NCBI GenBank assembly: GCA_965214705.1
Contig: CBDCCI010000002.1
Location: 2,208,001-2,272,000 of the forward strand
DNA from: Alphaproteobacteria bacterium
Lineage (GTDB): Bacteria; Pseudomonadota; Alphaproteobacteria; UBA828
Length of the DNA stretch: 64,000 nt
Reading direction: 5' to 3'
The notes beneath the pieces are model-generated. The model ran no database searches. It was not told the origin of the DNA and was given only the letters and a program-made list of their open reading frames with translations. Below are positions 50,334 to 60,202 of this stretch, piece by piece. The position numbers were made by a program, and so were the translations under genes. Each line of letters opens with the position of its first letter. Positions within the stretch are counted from its first letter, which is position 1.

Positions 50334-50660
50334 GTGATCCTCGCGAAGAAGCGCTGCATCTACTGCTCCCCAGAGACGCGGGAGAAGATGCGGCGGCGGG
50401 CCAGGAAGGAGAGGATTCCGCTCTCGCGCCTGGTCATTCTGTGCTGCCGCCGGGTTGCGAGCGCGAGCGCTCCTCCGGAACCGCCCGGTTATCCGCTGGC
50501 GCTTGCCGAGGACGCGCAGCGTCGCCTTTACGAGGACAGCCGCGTTCTCGCCCGGTCGAAGAGTATCGTTGTCGATGCGCAGGAAGGCGGGAAGGCGACC
50601 CTGGCGATCCATGAAGTGGTTCGCTTTCTGCTGCTTTGCGAAGAAGAGCAGGAGGCATGA
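50334..50660 (+). CDS. Putative RHH-like protein 2
   Basis: RCIYCSPE..EKMRRRA....IPLSRLV..C followed by PL.L.E..QR, paralleling protein 3; start uncertain. Confidence 0.5.
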   Translation: MILAKKRCIYCSPETREKMRRRARKERIPLSRLVILCCRRVASASAPPEPPGYPLALAEDAQRRLYEDSRVLARSKSIVVDAQEGGKATLAIHEVVRFLLLCEEEQEA

Positions 50661-51154
50661 GCAAGCCGCGCGTGCGCAGGGCGGGGACCGAACAAACGAT
50701 TTCCGCGACCGACGAGGAATGGGCCGACGTCCAGTCGGGGGCGGACGAAGCCGGAATGTCGGTGTCGGCCTGGGTGGTCCATTGCGTGCTGACGGTGGAC
50801 CTCCTGCCGCGGAAGCATCGGCGGCTGGTCCTCGACGAGAAACAGCAGAGATCCATCTCACGGGCCGTGAGCGAGCATGCACGGAGCCTGCGCTCGGACG
50901 TCGACGCGCCTTCGCAGCTCACCGACGACCTCGGCGCGCTGCTGAAGGCGCGGCTTGAGACGATGGACCGGCAGGGCCGGGGCAGTGAAGCCGCGACGCT
51001 CCTTCGGCAGGTATTCGGCGAGGAGCGGGCAGCAATTATCGCCGCCGCCTTCATGCCGAATGTGCGAACGACGCCGGAAGCGGCGCCGAAACCGCAGAAG
51101 CCCGCACCCCGAAAGAAAAGCATCCGCGACTCCGGTCAAGGCGAGTTGTTCTGA
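50657..51154 (+). CDS. Putative RHH / MobC-like protein 3
   Basis: TISATDEEWADV...A.EAGMSVSAWV..C.L; GGAGG RBS; ATGA overlap with the previous stop. Confidence 0.62.
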   Translation: MSKPRVRRAGTEQTISATDEEWADVQSGADEAGMSVSAWVVHCVLTVDLLPRKHRRLVLDEKQQRSISRAVSEHARSLRSDVDAPSQLTDDLGALLKARLETMDRQGRGSEAATLLRQVFGEERAAIIAAAFMPNVRTTPEAAPKPQKPAPRKKSIRDSGQGELF

Positions 51155-51461
51155 TTGCAGGCAGGCAGATCGGGCGAACAGGTGCGGCAGTCAAGAGAGG
51201 GAGCGAGGTCGACCCGAGCGGGCCTCTACCCCCGACGGTGTCGGGCTCGAAATACGGGGCACTTCCGATGACGTCCCTTGATCATCGAGGCAAGGGCCGC
51301 GGGGATCCGGCCGGTCGACGAATGGCGGGAGCGCTCGCCGCGCTGCATCGAACGGGCCCAGGCCAGGCGCCGGCACGGCGCCACTCCCGCGATCATTTCG
51401 GACGGCAGCGTCCCGGCGCTCTTGTCGGTGAAGTGCATCGGAGGGCATGGGAGGGACGATC

Positions 51462-52796
51462 ATGGCTCTCGAGGTCGTAAGAGCGTTCACCCTGGAGCAC
51501 GTTCGGTGGCTCGCGCCTCTCGAGGAATACGCCCTGCGTGAGGTCAAGGACGCGAGGGTAAGGGGCCGGAAGGTGAACCCGGCGACGCGAATGCTCTACG
51601 ACGCCGTGACCGAGGCCGTCCGCGACGCGGAGTACTGGATCCTGTGCGACTGTCTGCCCGAGGGGTGGGAGCAGCCGGTCATCGTGCCCTCGCGGGGATC
51701 GCACGGCATGCGTCTCGGCAACCTTCCCGACGCTTCCGTGCCGCATGACGGGAACTGCGTCTTCCGCCTGCGATCCTTTCAAGGCACCTCCGGGTTCTTC
51801 TTCAATCCGTTGTCGCACGAGGGGCGCGTCTCGGCTTCGGCAGAACGCGACCCGGAGCATGAATCCCGGAGCCGGACGGGCCGGTCGGTCCCGGTCGTGG
51901 CCCACGTGCTCAAGTGCTTCATCCGGGAGGCGCGGCTGCACACGCTGGCCGGTGCGGAGCGGTTTCCGTCACCGGCGGACTGGCTCACGGAACTCAAGCG
52001 CGCCGCAGTTGCGTTCCCCGTCGCGCCGAACGTTCCGGCGTCGGAGGTTCTGTTCACGGACCCCGCGAGCTGGCGCTCGGGCGAATTCCGGGAAAGGCTG
52101 GACGAGCGCGCGCAGCATTGGCCGAACGATCCCCCGCCTTGCGGCTACCTGTGCTGGGTCGCGCACGATGTCGAGGACCACGAGATCGACGGCAAGACCG
52201 GGGGCGCCGGCCATGTGAGGGTGACGTCTCCCGTGGTCTCCCCGGTCATCCACAACAAGAGGGTGGAGGGACCCTATCTCTTCCTGGGCGCGCTGGCGCG
52301 GTCCGCAGACGTGCAAGGGTGGGAGTGCCGCATGGCCTACGCGCAGCCCATTGCCGCGCCGGAGTTGCCGATCCCGGTCGAGTCGGACTACGAGCGCCAG
52401 GCGCTCCTGTCGCTTCCACAACTGGTTGAGGATCTGCGGCGCGGCAAGGAGCTGCAGGAGGCGCTCGGCGGTGTCGTCCGGGTCGAGCTTCAGAAGCCGC
52501 TCTTCCCGATAAGGGTGCGCGACGGCCGTTGTCATCCGGACGTCCTTCTCACCGTCAGCGGCCCGGGGGGCTCCACCGACGGCGGCGACAAGGCGCGCTA
52601 CGTCATCGAGGTCATGGGGTTTGGCAACGCGGAATACGAGAAGAAGAAGAAAGAGACCCACCGCCTGATGAAGCGGATCGGCAGGGTCATCCGTCTGGAG
52701 GGGCGGCAATTCGGGTCCGCGCACAACGGCCTGGAGCGGCAGCGCGACAGGATCGCCAGGCAGATCTCGAAGGACCTCCTGTGGCGGTGGACATGA
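51462..52796 (+). CDS. DUF1173-like protein with putative zinc site and C-terminal PD-(D/E)XK-like motif
   Basis: WILCDC...H...C.F N-terminal motif; IPVES.YER; KP.F; HPDVL...IEVMG...EY..KK. Confidence 0.6.
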   Translation: MALEVVRAFTLEHVRWLAPLEEYALREVKDARVRGRKVNPATRMLYDAVTEAVRDAEYWILCDCLPEGWEQPVIVPSRGSHGMRLGNLPDASVPHDGNCVFRLRSFQGTSGFFFNPLSHEGRVSASAERDPEHESRSRTGRSVPVVAHVLKCFIREARLHTLAGAERFPSPADWLTELKRAAVAFPVAPNVPASEVLFTDPASWRSGEFRERLDERAQHWPNDPPPCGYLCWVAHDVEDHEIDGKTGGAGHVRVTSPVVSPVIHNKRVEGPYLFLGALARSADVQGWECRMAYAQPIAAPELPIPVESDYERQALLSLPQLVEDLRRGKELQEALGGVVRVELQKPLFPIRVRDGRCHPDVLLTVSGPGGSTDGGDKARYVIEVMGFGNAEYEKKKKETHRLMKRIGRVIRLEGRQFGSAHNGLERQRDRIARQISKDLLWRWT

Positions 52797-53024
52797 AGCT
52801 GGCGGTGCCGGTTGCCGCGGCGCTGAGACCCCCTGTCCTGAAATTGCCGAACCGGCGGCGCTTCAGGGGATGCCGGCGATCACGGGTGCCTCGCCGGCCG
52901 CGACCTGCGTGGTGACGTTCCGCTCGGGCTCGTCGGTGGGCTCACTTGTTCGCCTTCTTCACCGGACTGGGTCTCGCACGCCGCCGAGGAATGGCGCGTG
53001 GCACTGCAGACGCATCAGCGACGG

Positions 53025-53189
53025 CTACCACGCGGTCAGCGCGGCCGTGTTGTCCGAGACTATTTCGACTTCGTCGGGGCAGAGGCCGGGAAACGCCAGC
53101 GCGGCCACCGCCTGGGCATGGCTTTCGAAGGTGGCCAATTCGAGACCGGTGGCGAGCTCGACGATGGTGAAGAGGGGATGAGATACCGG
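53025..53189 (-). CDS. Small hypothetical protein
   Basis: F.I.EL.TG.E.A.F.S...A.AALAF..L..DEVEIVSD resembles, from recall, small alphaproteobacterial mobile-element proteins; GAGGAG upstream; start uncertain. Confidence 0.35.
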   Translation of the reverse strand, partial: PVSHPLFTIVELATGLELATFESHAQAVAALAFPGLCPDEVEIVSDNTAALTAW

Positions 53190-53852
53190 CACTCCTCGAT
53201 ACTCAGTCGAGCGCACGCGGGCTTGCCGCGAACAAGGCTCGCACGAGGCGGCCGCGCCCGACCAGGCACCGCATCTTGAACAAAGCTTCCGGGCACGACG
53301 GCGGGCATAGCGCTTTCGATCGGCGGCGTTCTCTTGCCGTTCGCCGCGAGCCGCCCCGACATCTCCCGCCAGTCGGAGTAGTCTTCCAGTCCGGCATGCG
53401 ACACCCCGGCGACGGCCCTCCCTTCCCGCAGAAATGACCGATCAGTCCGGGAAATGCGCGTGCCCATCGCGCCAAATAATCCGGGAAATCCGTCGTCAGA
53501 TAATCCGGAAAACAACACCAAGCCCAACAGCAACGCCACGAGGCCGGGCGTGTAAGCCTGCGGCCCGTCGGTCAGGCCGAGCCACGCGATCAGGTTTTCG
53601 ACGCCGGCCGTTCGCGACAGGATGGTCGACCACGCAAAACCAATGATGACCTCGGAGAGCAATAGAACGGAGAGAATTAACACCAAGATGAGGGCCAGGC
53701 GTCTGGGTCCGTGGAAGAGGGCGAGTGTGCTTTGAACGGAATAGCCGTAGATCCGACAGCCTGGCCCGATGTGGTCTGACCGGCTTTCTGTGGCGTCTCG
53801 GGATCAAGTGTCATAATGCCGGCACGCATCTGTTGCAGGGGAGGGAACGACC

Positions 53853-55100
53853 ATGGCCCAGCGCAAGCCGCTCAAGACGCTGCGTATCGGGATGATCGGC
53901 TCAGGCTTCATCGCGCGCTTCCACCTCGAATCCTTCACCGGCGTGCGCAACTGCGCCATCACCGGGGTTTACAGCCCAACGAAGGAGAGCCGCAGCGCGC
54001 TCGCGGCGCGGGCCAACGAGCTCGACCTCGGCCCCTGCACGGCTCATTCGTCGCTCGACAGGATGATCCGGGCCAAGGACGTGGATGCGCTCTGGATCCT
54101 CTCGCCCAACGACACCCGCGTCGCCACGATGGAGGCAATCCACAAGGCGGTGAAGGGCGGCAAGCGACTCAGAGGCGTCGCCTGCGAGAAGCCGCTCGCG
54201 CGCAACTTGGCGGAGGCCCGCGCCATGGTGCGACTCGCCGACGATGCCAGGCTCGCCACCGGCTATCTGGAGAACCAGGTGTTCTCGACGGCGGTCGAGC
54301 GCGGCAAGGAGATCATCTGGCGCCGCGCGGTGCCGCTCACCGGCCGGCCTTATCTCGCGCGCGCGGCGGAGGAGCATTCCGGCCCGCACATGCCCTGGTT
54401 CTGGCAGGGCGAGAAGCAGGGCGGCGGCGTGCTCTCGGACATGATGTGCCACTCGGTGGAGGTCGCGCGTCACATGCTGACCGCGCCGGGCGAGGCCCGT
54501 GACACGCTCAGGGTGAAGAGCGCCAACGCCACCATCGCCAATCTCAAGTGGACCCGGCCGGCCTACGTGCGCCGCCTCAAGCGCGAGATGGGGCGCGAGG
54601 TCGATTACGGCCGTCGGCCGGCCGAGGACTTCGCGCGCGGCACGCTGGTTCTGGAGGACCCGGACGGCAACGAGGCGATGATCGAGACCACCACGTCGTG
54701 GGCCTACGTCGGCGCGGGCCTACGTATCCAGCTCGAGCTGCTGGGGCCTGAATACTCGATGGAGTTCTCCTCCCTCGGCACCGGTCTCAAGGTCTTCATC
54801 TCGCGCGCGGTGAAGGGCGACGCGGGCGAAGACCTGGTGGAGAAGCAGAACGCCGAGCAGGGCCTTATGCCGGCGCTGGAGGACGAAGCGGGCGTCTACG
54901 GCTACACCAGCGAGAACCGCCACATGGTGGAATGCTTCCGCACCGGGACGACGCCCGCCGAGACTTTCCGCGACGGGCTTGCCGTGACCGAGATCCTGAT
55001 GACCCTCTACCGCTCCGCCGAGCTCGGCCGCACCCTCAACTTCGGCGAAGAGGACCTCACCGACTACATCCCACCGGTGGCCCGTGCCTCTTCCCGATAG
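53853..55100 (+). CDS. Gfo/Idh/MocA oxidoreductase
   Basis: IGMIGSGFIA, CEKPLAR, YLENQ, EEHSGPH..WFW, GGG.L.DMMCH. Confidence 0.9.
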   Translation: MAQRKPLKTLRIGMIGSGFIARFHLESFTGVRNCAITGVYSPTKESRSALAARANELDLGPCTAHSSLDRMIRAKDVDALWILSPNDTRVATMEAIHKAVKGGKRLRGVACEKPLARNLAEARAMVRLADDARLATGYLENQVFSTAVERGKEIIWRRAVPLTGRPYLARAAEEHSGPHMPWFWQGEKQGGGVLSDMMCHSVEVARHMLTAPGEARDTLRVKSANATIANLKWTRPAYVRRLKREMGREVDYGRRPAEDFARGTLVLEDPDGNEAMIETTTSWAYVGAGLRIQLELLGPEYSMEFSSLGTGLKVFISRAVKGDAGEDLVEKQNAEQGLMPALEDEAGVYGYTSENRHMVECFRTGTTPAETFRDGLAVTEILMTLYRSAELGRTLNFGEEDLTDYIPPVARASSR

Positions 55101-55200
55101 CACCGGGACAAGCCCGGCTACCCCATCCGCCCGCTCGGCGTCCGCGGGTATCGGTTGGCTGGCCTTGGCAGCTACCGGTCCTCCGCGCCAAATTCACGGA

Positions 55201-56358
55201 TCAGACCTTGTCGTAGATTCCTTTGTTGAACGCGGTCACCGGTTCCACGAAGTCGAGATAGGGTTCATCCCACGGGTCCTTGATTCCCCAGCCTCTGGCG
55301 GTGTTCTCGACATAGGCGCACCAGTGCCAACCGATGAACCAGGGCTCTTCGATCATCGGGGTCAGCGATTCGACATAGTTCGTGCCGCGCTCGGCCTGTG
55401 AGGAAAGGCCGGTACTGCGGTTTGGGTTGAGCTTGGTCGCCGTCCAGTTTCCGAGATCGGCGTTTAGGACAGGCTTTTCCGTGATCGCCTGCCACTCCGC
55501 GAAGGCGTTCCGCATGGCGATATGGTCGTCCATGGTCGGCCCGGAGAAATACTGGATCGACAAGACATCGACGAAGGGCTTCATGGCACGCAGCGCCGCG
55601 GTTGGGATGCCTTTGTTGCCGTTGTAGCGATCACCCAGAATGAGGTGGTTGGGGTCATGCGAGCGGACATGCTTGGTGATTGTCTCGTAGTATTTACTCG
55701 CAACATCATAGAGCTTGGTCGCGTGGGCCTCCTCGCTCAGGCTTTCGAAGCCACCGAAGAAGCGCCCGCTCGCATGGGGCAGCCATGACGGGATGTCGCC
55801 CAAGAAATAACCGAGCAGATTCGAGCTCTCGGCGTGATCGAGGCAGATGCTCCGCGCCAGATACTCGCAATAGACGTCGAAATCGGGGTGATAGACATCG
55901 GGAAAGGCGGGCTGGCCCTTCCAGTCTTCGATTTCGGCGACCCGTAGAAGAAGGGCGTACGGCATGTTGGCGACCTTGAAATCGGCGGCTGCCCAGGGCG
56001 CCGACGAATGGCCGAGGTCGATGGGGTCGCCGAACCAGTCAAGTGCTACGCCCCAATCGCCGCTGATGTATTCCTGAGTCCATCCGATGGTGTTGAAGCC
56101 CCACTCCCTGAAGTCCTTGGCGACGCCGTCCCGCAGCCAGCTCTCGCGCGAGCCGTACTTTTGTTTCCAGATGTCCCGATTGTGGGGGTACTTGAGATTT
56201 GATTCTTCGGCGTGATTGACCCCGATGCTGATGAAGGCCGCACCGTCGGGATCGACCAGCCACCAGCGTTCGTCCGTCCGCTCCAGGCGGAAGAAGCCCG
56301 TCGCGTCGAAGGTTCTACGCGTGTCGCCCCCATACGCGCTGAGGTGCGTCTGAGCCAT
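55201..56358 (-). CDS. Agarase-like (GH50/clan GH-A-related) glycoside hydrolase, no signal peptide
   Basis: ATGFFR....RWWLVDPDG..F.S.G.NH, WGFNTIG, FPDV..P.F, LLGYF, DPNHLILG.RY, DVLS..Y, IGWHW. Usual acid/base N-E position reads GD-I. Confidence 0.7.
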   Translation of the reverse strand: MAQTHLSAYGGDTRRTFDATGFFRLERTDERWWLVDPDGAAFISIGVNHAEESNLKYPHNRDIWKQKYGSRESWLRDGVAKDFREWGFNTIGWTQEYISGDWGVALDWFGDPIDLGHSSAPWAAADFKVANMPYALLLRVAEIEDWKGQPAFPDVYHPDFDVYCEYLARSICLDHAESSNLLGYFLGDIPSWLPHASGRFFGGFESLSEEAHATKLYDVASKYYETITKHVRSHDPNHLILGDRYNGNKGIPTAALRAMKPFVDVLSIQYFSGPTMDDHIAMRNAFAEWQAITEKPVLNADLGNWTATKLNPNRSTGLSSQAERGTNYVESLTPMIEEPWFIGWHWCAYVENTARGWGIKDPWDEPYLDFVEPVTAFNKGIYDKV

Positions 56359-56379
56359 TCGAAGACCTCCCTGCATCCG

Positions 56380-56409
56380 GCCGCCGGCGGCCCCGAAGCC
56401 GCCGGCGGC
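56380..56409 (-). other. GC-rich intergenic hairpin after the solute-binding gene
   Basis: GCCGCCGGCGGC-loop-GCCGCCGGCGGC; loop reads cTTCGg on the transcribed (minus) strand. Confidence 0.55.
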
Positions 56410-56423
56410 GCGCCAATAGACAA

Positions 56424-57587
56424 CTACATGCAGCCGTTCTCGGCCTTGCAGGCCTCAAGAAGCTCCGGCGGCGGATCCTCGTGGAACACCACCCGGTAGG
56501 ACTCTGTAAGGTTGCTGGGTAGCACCGGCACCGCCGGCAGCACGATCCAAGGCGGCGGCTGGTTGCCCAGCAGCACCTGTAGAGCGGCTTCTGCCTCCGC
56601 CACGCCCTGGTCGTAGGGCTGTTGCGCGGCAATCCCCTTGATTAGCCCGCACTTCGCGAGCTCGACGCCGGCCTGGATGCCGAGGTCGATCGTGGTGATC
56701 GGAATGTCCTTACCCTGTGCCCTGAGCTCGGCCGCGACCTGCATGGCCGGCGCGTCCCAGACCACCCACATCCCGTTGATGTCGGGGTTTGCGGTGAGGA
56801 AACTCGACGCGGCGTCGCCCGCCCGGGTCGTGTCGACAAAGTCCACCTGCTTAATCGTCACGTCAGGCCGGTTCTCGGCGAACCACGACTTCACCCGTCG
56901 GGTGCGCTCGTTGGTAGTGAAAAAATCGACACCGAAGTCGACGATCCCGACCACTCCGTCCTGCGGGATGTGCGCGGCAAGTATCTGCGCGGCGACCTGA
57001 CCGTTTCCCTGGTTGTCGGGCGAGATCACTGCCTGATAGTCGTCGGGATAGGTTAGACCCTGAGGCACCTGATGCATCAGGATCAGCTTGATACCGGCCT
57101 CGGCGATCGACTTGTACGCCTCGGCGGTGGCGGTGTTGTCCACCGGGATGCTGATGATCGCATCGGGCTGGAGCTGGATCATGTCTCCGATCTGCGCCAC
57201 CTGGCGGTCGACGCGGAAGCTCGGGTTGGTCACAGCGACCAGCTCAACACCGTACTTCTCCAGCGTATCCGTAATGCCAGCGACAACTAGGGTCGACCAG
57301 TCGATATCCATCGTCTGCATGACGACACCGACGCGGAAATTGCCGGCCCTCACCGCTTCGCCCTGCTCGTCGGTTAGCTTGACACTGTCCACTGTGGACG
57401 GCGATTCGCCGAAGGGGCCGCCGCCGACGATCCCGTCTGGCACCAGGGCGGCCAGGTCGAGGCTGTTCGCAATCTCGCAGCTTCCGGCATGCGCCTGGCC
57501 CGCTGCCCCCGCGACCATGCCGATCGACATGGCGAGCGCACCGAGCAGGCCGACAGTCCTTCCCTTGTGGCGGATGTGCTTTCTCAT
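56424..57587 (-). CDS. Sugar ABC transporter periplasmic binding protein
   Basis: Signal peptide ending AHA; PDAIISIPVD, DN.GNG..AA, T.ER, WD.PA, Q.PY.QG (RbsB-like). Confidence 0.9.
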   Translation of the reverse strand: MRKHIRHKGRTVGLLGALAMSIGMVAGAAGQAHAGSCEIANSLDLAALVPDGIVGGGPFGESPSTVDSVKLTDEQGEAVRAGNFRVGVVMQTMDIDWSTLVVAGITDTLEKYGVELVAVTNPSFRVDRQVAQIGDMIQLQPDAIISIPVDNTATAEAYKSIAEAGIKLILMHQVPQGLTYPDDYQAVISPDNQGNGQVAAQILAAHIPQDGVVGIVDFGVDFFTTNERTRRVKSWFAENRPDVTIKQVDFVDTTRAGDAASSFLTANPDINGMWVVWDAPAMQVAAELRAQGKDIPITTIDLGIQAGVELAKCGLIKGIAAQQPYDQGVAEAEAALQVLLGNQPPPWIVLPAVPVLPSNLTESYRVVFHEDPPPELLEACKAENGCM

Positions 57588-57640
57588 GTTTCTCTCTCCC
57601 TTGTTTACGCGGGCGCTCCGGCCCGCCACTGCGATACCGT

Positions 57641-58606
57641 TCACTGCCTCCGTGCGGTGACGGCAATCCAGATGATGAAGCCCTTGATCGCGATCTGGAG
57701 GGAGCTGTCGACTCCCACCAGAACCAGCCCGTTATTGACGATGCCGATGATGAGGCTTCCGACCAGCGCGCCGGCGATCGTGCCGCGCCCGCCCGAGAGT
57801 GCGGCACCGCCGAGGATGACCGCGGTGATGACATCAAGTTCCAGGCCCGCGCCGACATCGGGGCGCGCAGCGTGGGAGCGGGCGCTCAGCACCACACCGG
57901 CAAAGCCCGCGAGAAGCCCGGTCAGCGTCAGTGTCGCGATGCGGATGCGGTAGGTGGAGATGCCAGAGTAGAGAGCGGCGGTCGTGTTGCCGCCGGTAGC
58001 AAAGACCTTGCGGCCGAACGTGCTGAAGTGGAGCAGGATCGCGCCGGCCACCATGAGCACCGCTGTCCAGGCGATCACGACCGGGATGCCAAGCACGTGG
58101 CCTTCGCCGAAAATCTTGAAGTAGGGCTCGTTGGTGATGACGATCGGTCTGGTGTCCGTCAGCATCATCGCGAAGCCGCGGGCGATTCCGAGCGAGCCGA
58201 GGGTGATCAGGAAGGACGGCGTGCGGAACTGGACGGTGAGGAAGCCGTTCACGAACCCGACCAGCGCGCCGGTGGCGAGCCCGACCACGGCGCCCAAGAG
58301 CCAGTGGTCGCCAAGCAGCCGCATTGAGATCGCCGACGTTACTCCCGCCAGCGCCAGGACCGAACCGACGGAGAGATCGAACTCGCCGGAGACGATGACG
58401 AAGGTCATGCCGACCGCGATGATCGAGACCAGCGCCGTCTGCCGGCCTATATTCTCGAAATTGGAAAGAGTCAGGAAGTACGGCGATGAGACCGAGAACA
58501 CAATGATGAGGATGACGAAGGCGATGTAGATCATGCCCTCGCCCGAGAGGACCCGCCGACGAATCGTGTCGATCCACTCCGTCGCTATCGGAGACCCCTT
58601 GCTCAA
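57641..58606 (-). CDS. Sugar ABC transporter permease
   Basis: GEFDLSVGS, PSFLITLG, FGR..A.GGN..AA..SG, G.ELDVI.AVILGG..L.GG.G. Confidence 0.93.
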   Translation of the reverse strand: MSKGSPIATEWIDTIRRRVLSGEGMIYIAFVILIIVFSVSSPYFLTLSNFENIGRQTALVSIIAVGMTFVIVSGEFDLSVGSVLALAGVTSAISMRLLGDHWLLGAVVGLATGALVGFVNGFLTVQFRTPSFLITLGSLGIARGFAMMLTDTRPIVITNEPYFKIFGEGHVLGIPVVIAWTAVLMVAGAILLHFSTFGRKVFATGGNTTAALYSGISTYRIRIATLTLTGLLAGFAGVVLSARSHAARPDVGAGLELDVITAVILGGAALSGGRGTIAGALVGSLIIGIVNNGLVLVGVDSSLQIAIKGFIIWIAVTARRQ

Positions 58607-60174
58607 GGCTGCACCTCCTGAACGATCTGGTGGAGGTGTTCCTCGTTGCGGAGCTCGGACACCGGCAGGACGTAGACCACGCGCCCACCGGCCACCACGG
58701 CGATGCGGTCGGTCAGCATCAGGAGTTCGCCCAAGTCGGAGGAAACGATGAGCGCCGCGGCACCGCCCGAGACCATGGTGCGCACGACCTCGTAGATCTG
58801 CTCGCGGGCGCCGACATCGACGCCCACCGTGGGCTCATCGAGCAGAAGCAGACTCGGCGTGGGATCGCTCCAGCGACCGAACACGACCTTCTGCTGATTG
58901 CCGCCGGAAAGCTCGGCCGCTCGGGTCCCGGTCGACGGTGCCACGATTGAGAGCCCATCGATCGCGGCGCGCGCTCGCGCCTTCGACTCTCGGCGGCGAA
59001 ATAGGCCGAAAAAGTCGAGACGGTCGAGGCGCGGCAAGGCGACGTTGCGCTCGATGGAATGATCGAGAACGAGCCCCTGAAGGTGACGATCCTCTGGGAC
59101 CAGCCCGGCGCCGAGGCCAATCGCCTGCATCGGCCCCCGAACCTTGCGCCTCTCGCCGTTCACGCGCAGCTCTCCCGAGGCAATACGGCGAAGGCCGAAG
59201 ATGCTCTCGAGGATTTCGGTCCGGCCACTACCGATCATGCCGGCGAGACCTACGACCTCACCAGCCCACACGGCGAGATTGACACCATTGAGGCGATCGT
59301 TGCTCACATCGACGAGCTCAAGCACGGGCTGGCCAGTCGCGCTCGGCTGGGCACGCTCATAGTCCTCGGGCTTGCTGGCCGCTCCGGCTCCCGCCGGGCC
59401 GACGATGGCGCCGACCAGCTGCTCCATAGTCACGTCGCTGGTCGCAAAGGTGCCGACATTGGCACCGTCCCGCAGCACCGTCACGCGATCAGAGAGCTTG
59501 AACACCTCCTCCAGCCGGTGGGTCACGTAGATGACACCGACGCCGCGACGGCTGACCTGGCGGACCGCGTCGAACAGGATCTCTTCCTCACCGCGCGAAA
59601 GCGACGAGGTCGGCTCGTCGAGTACCAGAATGCGGACCTCGCCGGACAATGCCTTGGCGATTTCGGTCAACTGGCGGTACGCGAAGGGCAGATGCTCGAC
59701 CCGCGCGGTCGGATTGAGCGGCAAACCCTGCTCCTGAAGGAACTTCCGGGCATCCGCGATCAGCTTCCGCCTGTTGACGAGGCCGAACCGGCTCGGCTCG
59801 CGCGCCAAGTAAAGATTGTCTGCGACCCTCATCGACGGCACGAGGCTGAGCTCCTGATAGACCACCGCGACGCCTGCTGCACGAGCCGCAGCAGCGGACT
59901 TGAATTCGGCCTCCTTCCCTTCGACGCGGATAGTGCCGCTGTCCTTGTCCAGCACGCCGGCGAAAATCTTGATCAGGGTCGACTTGCCCGCGCCGTTCTG
60001 GCCCAGAAGTGCGTGCACCTCACCCGGGCGTAGGTCGAAGTGGACGCCGCGCAGCGCATGAACATTGCCGAAGTGCTTGACCACGTCATCGAGCTCGATT
60101 AGAGGCGGAAGCTGCGCCGCTTCTCCGGCAGACCCTGCCGACGAGCGGATCGAATCGGAGCCGGACCCGCTCAT
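58603..60174 (-). CDS. Sugar ABC transporter ATP-binding protein (two-domain, RbsA-like)
   Basis: GQNGAGKST, LDEPT, GSGRTE, PEDR, LSGGNQQK, DEPT.GVDVGA. Confidence 0.94.
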   Translation of the reverse strand: MSGSGSDSIRSSAGSAGEAAQLPPLIELDDVVKHFGNVHALRGVHFDLRPGEVHALLGQNGAGKSTLIKIFAGVLDKDSGTIRVEGKEAEFKSAAAARAAGVAVVYQELSLVPSMRVADNLYLAREPSRFGLVNRRKLIADARKFLQEQGLPLNPTARVEHLPFAYRQLTEIAKALSGEVRILVLDEPTSSLSRGEEEILFDAVRQVSRRGVGVIYVTHRLEEVFKLSDRVTVLRDGANVGTFATSDVTMEQLVGAIVGPAGAGAASKPEDYERAQPSATGQPVLELVDVSNDRLNGVNLAVWAGEVVGLAGMIGSGRTEILESIFGLRRIASGELRVNGERRKVRGPMQAIGLGAGLVPEDRHLQGLVLDHSIERNVALPRLDRLDFFGLFRRRESKARARAAIDGLSIVAPSTGTRAAELSGGNQQKVVFGRWSDPTPSLLLLDEPTVGVDVGAREQIYEVVRTMVSGGAAALIVSSDLGELLMLTDRIAVVAGGRVVYVLPVSELRNEEHLHQIVQEVQP

Positions 60175-60202
60175 CACAATCGCCTTGGGGTTCCTTGCCT
60201 GC

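Noticed and set aside
53060-53686. 208-aa ORF with hydrophobic N-terminus
   Set aside because: Looks like a patchwork of decayed fragments; no product can be supported.
53853-55100. Gfo/Idh/MocA gene as the LgdD step of the levoglucosan pathway
   Set aside because: Convergent, separate transcription unit and a distinct subfamily; proximity is the only evidence.
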